A stretch of 64,000 nt of DNA from contig CAZCHT010000003.1 of NCBI GenBank assembly GCA_964498705.1, forward strand, positions 960 to 64,959, written 5' to 3'. Shown here piece after piece: positions 9,691 to 17,427 of this stretch (position 1 is its first letter; each line of letters begins with the position of its first letter). The stretch is from an uncultured Bdellovibrio sp. (lineage in GTDB: Bacteria > Bdellovibrionota > Bdellovibrionia > Bdellovibrionales > Bdellovibrionaceae). The notes under the pieces were generated by a model, which made no database searches, was not told the DNA's origin, and saw only the letters and a program-made list of their open reading frames with translations. Both the position numbers and the translations under genes were made by a program.

Positions 9691-9713
9691 GCCCTTGTTT
9701 TTAGCAAGGGCTT
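9691..9713. terminator. Stem-loop terminator between the convergent AraC genes
   Basis: AGCCCTTG-tttttag-CAAGGGCT is flanked by A8 on the left, which reads as a T8 tail for minus-strand transcripts. Confidence 0.5.
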
Positions 9714-9789
9714 CGTGAAGTAATTTTTTTAAAACTATTTCATTAGATTAATAAGATTCAGTTTGCCTTCACTCATAAGTTTATTTTGT

Positions 9790-9806
9790 TATTTCGTCCT
9801 ATCCTC
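9790..9806 (+). repeat. 17-nt motif TATTTCGTCCTATCCTC, copy 1 (putative IS91-family element end)
   Basis: Identical 17-mers occur at 9790-9806, 11805-11821 and 17139-17155, all in the same orientation. Copies 2 and 3 sit just 3' of IS91-like transposase remnants. Confidence 0.6.
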
Positions 9807-9946
9807 AAAGAAGAAAAGTGTCATCTTGTTGGCAGCTTAATTTCAAATAATGAATTCAGCATTAAGATACTAAATACATTATTTTCAAGCTTAGGACTGA
9901 GTATTTTTTTAGTCGTCCTACTATTGAAAGGTTTATTTAAACAAGA

Positions 9947-10753
9947 TTAAATTATTCGACCCATCTGCCTATTAATTTTATATTGGTTAGGTACAGCATT
10001 TAAAATATTTTTAAAATGTACGATGAATTGGCTTGGATCAGAAAAACCAACTGCGTAAAGAGCTTCGGTAATAGTATGACCATATCTAACTTTAACTAAT
10101 GCTTCATGAATTCTAATTTTGTGTCGATATTCGACGGGTGAAATTCCATAGACTTTTGTAAAAGCCCTGGTCATCACTACTCTTGAATAATTTAATTCTT
10201 TAGCTATTGCAGAAATTTTCATCTCTTCGCGAAAGTGTAAATCAATATAGGCCTTTAATTTTTCGGCTACTGCAGACGGATAGCGCTCTTGAACAATCAC
10301 AGTCGCTTCTTTTAAACGCCCTAAAAGGTCATAAACATCTTGTTTAGTTTTTGGAATTGAAAATTCTGAGTTTGTTATAAATGTTGGGCTAGTGATATTG
10401 AATGGAATTTTAGAAATAGAGCCAATACAAGACCAGCTTAAAGGACCATCTTCTACGTGCATTTCCAATAAACTAAATGGAGGTTGAAATATTAAAGTAG
10501 GGCCATAAAGATCAACTAGTTGATTTCCACATCGCAACTTAACTCGGTCTTTTGGTAGGTTAGACAATGCAATAAACCAATCAGAAGCATAGGATTCATG
10601 ATAAATATTTTTTTTATATTGATGTGATTTTTCTGAATATAAGAGTTCATCATCAATAAGATGAACAGTAGCTTTATAATTTGATGTTGTAATAGTGGCC
10701 TCATTTTTTATTAAGAGGTCATCGTTAGGCCTTTGATCTAGTAAGCTATTCAT
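9947..10753 (-). CDS. AraC family transcriptional regulator (paralog B)
   Basis: HTH region IAKELNYSRVVMTRAFTKVYGISPVEYRHKIRIHEAL...GFSDPSQFIVHFK. The first ATG is at 10753 (MNSLLDQ), while the ORF track start 10792 is a TTG. It is divergent from the E2-like gene at 10826-11605. Confidence 0.85.
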   Translation of the reverse strand: MNSLLDQRPNDDLLIKNEATITTSNYKATVHLIDDELLYSEKSHQYKKNIYHESYASDWFIALSNLPKDRVKLRCGNQLVDLYGPTLIFQPPFSLLEMHVEDGPLSWSCIGSISKIPFNITSPTFITNSEFSIPKTKQDVYDLLGRLKEATVIVQERYPSAVAEKLKAYIDLHFREEMKISAIAKELNYSRVVMTRAFTKVYGISPVEYRHKIRIHEALVKVRYGHTITEALYAVGFSDPSQFIVHFKNILNAVPNQYKINRQMGRII

Positions 10754-10825
10754 ACATGAATAGTAGATAAGATATAAGTTACAAATCAACAAGTTTTATA
10801 AAAAATTAAGTTTCATGATTAATTT

Positions 10826-11605
10826 ATGGATAAACAAAATTATGAAATCGTTAACTCCGATAGTTTTTTTAAGGTAAATGCTTCAATTGTTGAGAATGAA
10901 ATTGATCTGAGCTCAACAGTAACCATGGTAAATCTTATAGATCTAACAAAGATTGAAGAAATACGAAGCTCATCAGTGGGCATAAAACCCAGTTACACAG
11001 TTTTTGTTGCAAAAGCTTTGGCAAAAAGCTTAGTCGATTTTCCAGAGATGAATAAAAGATTTTATAAGCCTTTTGGTTTTTTTCCTAGGGTGTTTCAAGA
11101 ATTTAAAAATGTGGATATGGCTATAGCATCTGAAGTAACGGACCCAAAGTTAGCACATGTTGCGTATATTGGTATAATGAAAGATGTGCAACATAAGACG
11201 CTGCAAGAAATTCAACAATGGCTATTAGAGTTTAGAAAAACTGAAGCAGTAGCACAATGGAAAATCTTTAGTGGAATTATTCTTAAGCTGCCAGTATTTT
11301 TATCAAAAATTATCATCAGATTGCCAGTCTATTTTCCAAGCCTGTGGGTAAAATACAGGGGAGGGGTGGCAATGATCAGCTCTCCAGCAAAGTATGGTGT
11401 TGACGGGCTTATTGCAGCCTGGAGCGCGCCAATTGGTGTCTCATTTGGTTATGTAAAAGAACGTGTCATTTCAAAAAATGGACAAATAGTTGCGGTACCC
11501 TCATTCAATTTAACTGTGAACTTTGACCGAAGAGTTTTTTCTGGCGCTCAAGGGGCCAGATTCATTGCAAGAATAAGCGAAATTTTAGAAAAAGCAGAGT
11601 ATTAA
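10826..11605 (+). CDS. Stand-alone E2 catalytic-domain-like (CAT-fold) protein with the catalytic His replaced by Arg (paralog 2)
   Basis: KPSYTVFVAKALAKSLVDFPEMNKR ... NFDRRVFSGAQGARFIARISEILE aligns with the E2 C-terminal ...FDHRVIDGADGARFI.... It is 259 aa and has no lipoyl domain. Confidence 0.8.
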   Translation: MDKQNYEIVNSDSFFKVNASIVENEIDLSSTVTMVNLIDLTKIEEIRSSSVGIKPSYTVFVAKALAKSLVDFPEMNKRFYKPFGFFPRVFQEFKNVDMAIASEVTDPKLAHVAYIGIMKDVQHKTLQEIQQWLLEFRKTEAVAQWKIFSGIILKLPVFLSKIIIRLPVYFPSLWVKYRGGVAMISSPAKYGVDGLIAAWSAPIGVSFGYVKERVISKNGQIVAVPSFNLTVNFDRRVFSGAQGARFIARISEILEKAEY

Positions 11606-11642
11606 TGTTTAAGCTGGCTGAGAAAAACGAATAACAAATTTT

Positions 11643-11821
11643 GTGTTTTTTGATTCTGAGTCTAAGAAAAAAGCACACTTCAACATCGATGTTGAAACCT
11701 GCATCAAATGCGGCGGTAAAATGAAAATTATTGCGGCCATCGAGGATCCAGAAGTGATTCGAAAAATCTTGGAGCACATGGGGCTATCACCAAAGCATGA
11801 ACAATATTTCGTCCTATCCTC
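11643..11821 (+). mobile_element. Remnant of an IS91-family (Y2 rolling-circle) transposase C-terminus plus element-end motif
   Basis: The translation ...NIDVETCIKCGGKMKIIAAIEDPEVIRKILEHMGLSPKHEQYF matches, from memory, the conserved C-terminal C..CGG.(M/L)KIIAAI...VI.KIL.HLGL block of IS91/ISCR transposases. No upstream catalytic part is present. It ends in the 17-nt motif. Confidence 0.6.
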
Positions 11822-11880
11822 GACTAGGCTTGACTTCTATGTCTGCGCTATTGCCAATAGTGATCTCCGCTTAGTAATTT

Positions 11881-12747
11881 TTAGAAAAAAAATCTTCTAT
11901 AAACCCAATCTTGAAGTATGATTCGACATTGATCTGGAAGTATTTTTTTTAAAAACCAGTTAATATGCGATTCGGTTCCAACTCTGATTCGAACTGGGAT
12001 ATTTTTTTTATTACATAATTTAATAATAGTATCAACAACAGCAGCAGGATCTTTTTCTATCTTTTTTTGAATAAATTCTAAAAATTTAGAAAACCTAATC
12101 ATCCGTTTTTCATATTGATAAAATTCATGATGAGATTCTTTAGAAACTTTAGAATTTTGTGAAAAACCGGTTTTGTAACCACCAGGTTCAATGGCACAAA
12201 CTTGAATTTTGAATATTGATAAATCATAATACAAAGCTTCAGTAAGACTATCAATAGCATGTTTTGAAGCACTATAAATTCCATAGAAAGGAAAAACATT
12301 GAATCCAACTAAACTACTAAGATTTATGATTCGACCTTGTTTTTTTCTTAGAAGTGGCAAAAGTTTTTGAATAATAAACAGGGGCGCAAAAAAATTAGTC
12401 TCGAATTGCATTCTAATTTGTTTTTCTTCTTGAAGTTCCACTGGCCCCAAAAGTCCAAAGCCTGCATTATTAATTAAAATATCAAGACCATCAGGAAAAT
12501 AATTAAAAGCCTCAATTAAGCAAGATTCTAAACTTTCTCTATTGTCTAAATGGCCATCTAATAAAATAAGTTGTTTATTGGCTATTTGAGTTGAAAATTC
12601 AGAAAAAATGTTTTTTCCACGAATCATGCCACCTCTTATTACAGCGACAACAAAATAATTCTGTTCGAGTAATTTTTTAGTAACCTGAAAGCCAAAACCA
12701 CTGGAAACACCTGTTATAAAAACACTTTTTTTTGTAATTTGATACAT
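11881..12747 (-). CDS. Short-chain dehydrogenase/reductase (SDR) family oxidoreductase
   Basis: Motifs VFITGVSSGFGF (TGxxxGxG), NNAG and YSASKHAI (YxxxK). ATG 12747 is preceded by GAAAGG. Confidence 0.85.
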   Translation of the reverse strand: MYQITKKSVFITGVSSGFGFQVTKKLLEQNYFVVAVIRGGMIRGKNIFSEFSTQIANKQLILLDGHLDNRESLESCLIEAFNYFPDGLDILINNAGFGLLGPVELQEEKQIRMQFETNFFAPLFIIQKLLPLLRKKQGRIINLSSLVGFNVFPFYGIYSASKHAIDSLTEALYYDLSIFKIQVCAIEPGGYKTGFSQNSKVSKESHHEFYQYEKRMIRFSKFLEFIQKKIEKDPAAVVDTIIKLCNKKNIPVRIRVGTESHINWFLKKILPDQCRIILQDWVYRRFFF

Positions 12748-12785
12748 AGAAAAACCTTTCAAGGGTATACTGTTCAAAATATTTG

Positions 12786-13415
12786 CTATTTAATTTTTAC
12801 AGCGGGAACTCCAGCCCAGACCTCACCAGTTTTAATAATAGAATTTTTTGTGACTAAAGACATGGCGCCTACGATAGCATTATCTTCAATGACAACACCT
12901 GACAATACGACACTATTGGCTCCTATTGTAACGTTTTTCCCAATAGTAATTTTTTTATGGCCAAATTTACGTCCCTCTTGGTAATGCGGTACTAGAAGTG
13001 CTCTATTTCCAACAAAACTACCTTCTCTAATAACAATTAAATGAGGATCAAATAATAATCCTGCTGAAAAACTTTGTAGACTCATTTTTCCACCGAAAAG
13101 ACGATTAGTAAATGGACTTAAATATACAGGAATAATATTGATGTTTTTTAGCGGATGAAAATAAGTTAACCAAAAACACAGATTAATCATCCAAATTGTT
13201 TCCGCTCTGCTTCCTTCTTTAAGATCTCCTTCAGGTATTGGAATTAAAAAAAGGATAATTCTGTATACCAAAACATTGATTAATAAAAATATACTAATCA
13301 AATAAAAAACATTTGTTTCAAAACATTTCTGTTCTGTTAACAATTTGGTTAATACAAAGACAATTAATTGTAGCAATATAAAAATAAAAAGTGGTAATGG
13401 TCTTAGCTTTCTCAT
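12786..13415 (-). CDS. Membrane-anchored hexapeptide-repeat (left-handed beta-helix) acyltransferase
   Basis: It has N-terminal hydrophobic helices. The C-terminal LbH repeats are ITIGKNVTIGANSVVLSGVVIEDNAIVGAMSLV...GEVWAGVPAVKIK, typical of WcaF/Maa-like O-acetyltransferases. Confidence 0.75.
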   Translation of the reverse strand: MRKLRPLPLFIFILLQLIVFVLTKLLTEQKCFETNVFYLISIFLLINVLVYRIILFLIPIPEGDLKEGSRAETIWMINLCFWLTYFHPLKNINIIPVYLSPFTNRLFGGKMSLQSFSAGLLFDPHLIVIREGSFVGNRALLVPHYQEGRKFGHKKITIGKNVTIGANSVVLSGVVIEDNAIVGAMSLVTKNSIIKTGEVWAGVPAVKIK

Positions 13416-13511
13416 ACAGAAAATATAAGATGATCACTTTTTTATTATTGGCGTTTTGTGACTTCTTTATCCAAAGCACCTAAAAACTGGACTATAAACG
13501 TACTTGAGTGT

Positions 13512-14279
13512 TTAAATTCTATTTTTATTAAATGGTGAGTATTTTTTTGGTGTCAGTTTAAAATGTTTTTTAAACTGATAAATAAATTGTTTGGGGTCAC
13601 TATAGCCAATATTTTCAGATATTTCAGTAATAGGAAATCCTAAGTTCATAAGAGCTAGGGCTTCAAAAATTCTTAACTTATGGCGATATTCTATAGGCGT
13701 CAGGTTGTAGGATTTTTTAAAAGATCTGCTTAATACTTCCCTTGAAGTTTTCAACTCATTTGCTATTTGATAAATTTTTTCGTTTTTTAAGTGGTAGGTG
13801 TTTTCAATAATTGCTTTTAGCTTTTCAGCTATTGCAGAAACGACTATCTGTTGTTTTAATTCTTCACCATTTTTAAACTCAGAGATAAGATTCATTACTT
13901 GGTTTCTGTTTTTAGGTAATGAACATGTTTTTTCCTGATCTATTATCATTGGATTTTTATAAGAATTATCAAGAGGCCAACAAGAAGTTATGGTTGTAAA
14001 ATCAATTTTAATCCCACTTGGTACTACCGTTTCTAATAAAGAAAAAGGAGGACAGAAAATGATTTTATCTGATTCAATAGCAAGATACTTATTCTCAGAT
14101 CTTATAAGTAAGCCTAAACCTTCTGCATTATTAATAAATAAAATACACCAGCTAGATCCAAAACAATCTATGGATACTTTATTTTTTCTTATTTGACTAT
14201 TATAGTTTATGAAAAAATGATCATCTATAATTTTATTACGTTGTGTATAGCTTGCTGTTTGAATTAGATAATCTTTCAT
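13512..14279 (-). CDS. AraC family transcriptional regulator (paralog C)
   Basis: HTH region IANELKTSREVLSRSFKKSYNLTPIEYRHKLRIFEAL...GYSDPKQFIYQFKKHF. The N-terminal region is similar to paralogs A and B (SAIAEKLKAIIE). Confidence 0.85.
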   Translation of the reverse strand: MKDYLIQTASYTQRNKIIDDHFFINYNSQIRKNKVSIDCFGSSWCILFINNAEGLGLLIRSENKYLAIESDKIIFCPPFSLLETVVPSGIKIDFTTITSCWPLDNSYKNPMIIDQEKTCSLPKNRNQVMNLISEFKNGEELKQQIVVSAIAEKLKAIIENTYHLKNEKIYQIANELKTSREVLSRSFKKSYNLTPIEYRHKLRIFEALALMNLGFPITEISENIGYSDPKQFIYQFKKHFKLTPKKYSPFNKNRI

Positions 14280-14573
14280 TTCAAAATTTCAGATTTTGGT
14301 ATTACGTAAAATATATCTAAGAAAGGCACCATATCCTTTTAGTATATTTTTTTCGTTTAGAAGTCCATGTTTTTTATAAGCTTAACTGATCACTCACTCG
14401 ATAAAATATATTGTGAAAATCAATCCCAATTTGCTGGATAACACTTTGGCACACAGACGGCCCAAGTTATCTAGAATAATTTTTTTCAAATGTAGGTTTT
14501 ATGAAAATGACAAATTTGGCCGAATCTTACGGATACCCTAAGTCAAATGATAGAATTATGAGTACTGAGATAG

Positions 14574-15365
14574 CTAATCATTTGGTTTCATAACTTGCTT
14601 TTTATGAGCAATTATATGTTTTGGATTTACTCCTAGCCAGCTTTTAAACTGTCTAAAAAAATTACTGTACTCTTCAAAGCCAGATTCGTAACAGGCGTCA
14701 ATAAGTGGTTTATCTTTCATGCTGAGTTCTTTAACAGCCGCATTTAACTTAAGCCGGTTCAGATATTCATTGGGGTTTACTCTATAGCATTTTTTAAATA
14801 GATGAGTAAGGCTGCTATAATTCATTTCAAGTTCCTCACAAAAATCTTTAATTTTTCTTCCAGTTAAATAGTTTTCATCAATATGATGTTTTAACTTTAA
14901 TGCTAGTTTTGAATTGTTAAATTCTGTTGGCAGTATAGCTAAATATGTTTTTTGATTTTCAATATGTTTTAATAGTTCTATGTCTGATTGAAAATAAGAT
15001 TCAGCACTCCAAGGTATAACAAAGCCATTATTTCTTAATTTAGTCGGTAGCTCTATCTCGCCACGGAAAGCTGTCCATCGGATAATGCCAGGAGATAGTT
15101 TCCAATGAATTATATGTTTTGACGGTAAAAAGATCGCAATAGGGCTTTGAAATAACTTTTCATCCTCAGGAAATTGTATACGGATTAAATTGTCATTGGT
15201 CTCTGAAATAAATAAAAACCAGGAGCTTGGAAAAACATCAAAGCTGGACCTTTCTTGTGGGATACATTCAACTCTCTCAAGATACTGAAACTGGGGATTT
15301 ACCTGTAAGACATGAGTTGTATAATTCTTAAAGTTTACTGAATAGCTATCCATTGTATCCCACAT
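14574..15365 (-). CDS. AraC family transcriptional regulator (paralog D, most divergent)
   Basis: HTH region FCEELEMNYSSLTHLFKKCYRVNPNEYLNRLKLNAAV...GFEEYSNFFRQFKSWLG. It is divergent from the GMC oxidoreductase gene. Confidence 0.8.
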   Translation of the reverse strand: MWDTMDSYSVNFKNYTTHVLQVNPQFQYLERVECIPQERSSFDVFPSSWFLFISETNDNLIRIQFPEDEKLFQSPIAIFLPSKHIIHWKLSPGIIRWTAFRGEIELPTKLRNNGFVIPWSAESYFQSDIELLKHIENQKTYLAILPTEFNNSKLALKLKHHIDENYLTGRKIKDFCEELEMNYSSLTHLFKKCYRVNPNEYLNRLKLNAAVKELSMKDKPLIDACYESGFEEYSNFFRQFKSWLGVNPKHIIAHKKQVMKPND

Positions 15366-15435
15366 GTTTTATTTATAATCATAAAACTTCAATTTTTGCA
15401 TAGTTGCATCCCTAAAACCCACTTAGCATTAAATC

Positions 15436-17034
15436 ATGGATCAAGAGATAAGTCAGGTTGAAAATAAAATTTGGGATAACGTGATTATTGGTACTGGAAT
15501 GGGGGCGGCAGCGCTGGGATATGCTTTGGCTAAAGCAGGGCAAAGCGTTTTGTTTTGTGAAAAAGGACTACTTCGAGATGGAAATAAATCTAATTTAATT
15601 GGTTTTGCTGAGAAAAATCTTTCTAATTCTTTGGATATTGAGTCACGAAAAGAAATTTTTAATAAAATGGGTAGGTTTTGTGACCCCCTTTTTGAAGCTA
15701 AGGGCGTTGGAAAGAAGTCAAAGATTCAGAAACTATTTCCAATGTTAGGTGTTGGCGTCGGTGGATCTTCGGCTATTTATGGGATGGTCCTTGAAAGATT
15801 TTTTCCATATGATTTTGAAAATAATGATTGGCCAATAAAATTTTCAGATTTAGAGCCATTTTATCGTCAAGCTGAAAGTTTATTTGAAGTTCATGGAGAA
15901 CCAGATCCTCTTAAATTTGAGCAAAACTTTTCTTATATAAATCGCAACTATCAAGAAGTTCATCCAGTAAATGATGTGCTTATAAAATACTTGAAAAAAA
16001 ATAGATATCATCCGTATCGGCTTCCACTTGCGAACAAAAAAATTAATGGTTGTAATACTTGCCAAGGTTTTCTGTGTAATAAGAATTGCAAAAATGATGC
16101 TTGGAATATTTTAATACAGCCAGCTTTGAAATTACCTTTTTCAAAGCTTTTAGTCGAAGCAGAGGTGATATCACTTGAAGCTAATTCAGAACAAGTTCAT
16201 CTGGCTAATATGAAAATGAACAATAAAAATTTTAAGATCAAAGGAAAACGATTTATTCTAGGTGCGGGGGCAATAAATACTCCAAAAATTTTATTACAAT
16301 CAAAATCTTTGTATCATCCTGATGGGATTGGAAATCATTATTCTGTTGTTGGAAAATTTTTGATGAGACATCTGGTGGATCTATATGCTCTGAATTTGAA
16401 AAAGTCTTATGGACAAACAGGAAGTGTGAAAGAGTTTGGAATTAATGATTTTTATGCTTTTGAAAACTTTAAGTTTGGAAATATTCAGTCTTTTGGAGCC
16501 TTACCTGAAGAGGATCTTATAGCTCGTGATTTGATTTTTAAGCTCACGCAAAATAAAAAAAGTTTAAGTTCGTTATCAGTGCAAACTTTTTTACCTATGG
16601 TAAAAAAAATCATCAAATACATAACTCAACCTTCAACTTTGTTAGCGGCAACGATGGAGGATGAGCCTCTGGCTGAAAATTCTATTTATTTTAATGAAGT
16701 AAATGAGCTGTATTTAAGATATCATATTAGTTCTAGGGACCAAGAAAAACTAAAACTTTTTAGAGGTCATATTTTAGAACTGTTTAAACCTTTTAGCCCT
16801 CGGATTATTAAAATGGCAGAGTCTAATGAAATGTTAGGGCATATTTGTGGAACATGTAGAATGGGCCGTGATCCAAGAAAAAGTGTTATAGATCAATACA
16901 ATAAGGTCCATGGATTGAAGAATCTTTATATTGTAGATTCATCTTTTCTACCAACAAGTGGAGGAACTAATCCTGCTTTAACTTTAGTTGCAAATAGTTT
17001 AAGAGTTGCAGATCATTTGACAAAAAATCAGTGA
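15436..17034 (+). CDS. GMC family FAD-dependent oxidoreductase
   Basis: The N-terminal FAD fold is DNVIIGTGMGAAALGYALAKAGQSVLFCEKG. It has a Cys-rich insert CNTCQGFLCNKNCKND. The C-terminal GMC motif is GTCRMGRDPRKSVIDQYNKVHGLKNLYIVDSSFLPTSGGTNP. Confidence 0.85.
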   Translation: MDQEISQVENKIWDNVIIGTGMGAAALGYALAKAGQSVLFCEKGLLRDGNKSNLIGFAEKNLSNSLDIESRKEIFNKMGRFCDPLFEAKGVGKKSKIQKLFPMLGVGVGGSSAIYGMVLERFFPYDFENNDWPIKFSDLEPFYRQAESLFEVHGEPDPLKFEQNFSYINRNYQEVHPVNDVLIKYLKKNRYHPYRLPLANKKINGCNTCQGFLCNKNCKNDAWNILIQPALKLPFSKLLVEAEVISLEANSEQVHLANMKMNNKNFKIKGKRFILGAGAINTPKILLQSKSLYHPDGIGNHYSVVGKFLMRHLVDLYALNLKKSYGQTGSVKEFGINDFYAFENFKFGNIQSFGALPEEDLIARDLIFKLTQNKKSLSSLSVQTFLPMVKKIIKYITQPSTLLAATMEDEPLAENSIYFNEVNELYLRYHISSRDQEKLKLFRGHILELFKPFSPRIIKMAESNEMLGHICGTCRMGRDPRKSVIDQYNKVHGLKNLYIVDSSFLPTSGGTNPALTLVANSLRVADHLTKNQ

Positions 17035-17040
17035 TTTTTC

Positions 17041-17155
17041 TGGCCCACCAAAGCATGAACAATACTTCCAGCAGCACTTCGAGATGAACATCCCTCAGTA
17101 AATCAAAACCTAGATGTTAGACTTGAACAATTCGGCCTTATTTCGTCCTATCCTC
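17041..17155 (+). mobile_element. Second IS91-family transposase 3' remnant plus element-end motif
   Basis: CACCAAAGCATGAACAATA(C/T)TTC is shared with 11789-11810. Here the reading frame continues PPKHEQYFQQHFEMNIPQ* and the 17-nt motif follows at 17139-17155. The 11.8-kb copy lacks the intervening ~88 bp. Confidence 0.55.
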
Positions 17156-17184
17156 TCGAGGTGGAGTTTGTACAATTAGTTCAA

Positions 17185-17330
17185 CTGCCTAATACGGTGT
17201 TGATATGCTGGTTGCTGCATGGAGTTGACCGATTAGGATCTCATTTAATCTTACTCTAAATTTTGACAGAAGAATAGTTTCTGGCGCTCAAGGAGCGAAA
17301 TTGATAGCCCGCATTTCAGAAATTCTATAG
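17185..17330 (+). pseudogene. Decayed 3' fragment of a third E2 catalytic-domain-like gene
   Basis: The translation VDMLVAAWS*PIRISFNLTLNFDRRIVSGAQGAKLIARISEIL* aligns to the C-terminus of the 10826-11605 product. It has an in-frame TGA at 17226-17228, an internal deletion of about 19 codons and no 5' part. Confidence 0.8.
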
Positions 17331-17427
17331 AATGGCGCATTCTAAGAATTAACTTCAAATTCTAGTTTACAATATAAATAAATCCATAAACACTGATCGC
17401 AATAAAGTACTTTGCTGAGGTGTTCAT

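Noticed and set aside
11643-11921. 92-aa ORF as an intact gene
   Set aside because: Only the first ~55 residues resemble a transposase C-terminus, and the catalytic part is absent. The rest reads through the element end into unrelated sequence that overlaps the 3' end of the SDR gene.
9790-17155. Three identical 17-nt repeats as a CRISPR-like array
   Set aside because: The spacing is 2.0 and 5.3 kb and is filled with genes. The repeats are not palindromic and no cas genes are present. The motifs are better explained as IS91-family element ends.
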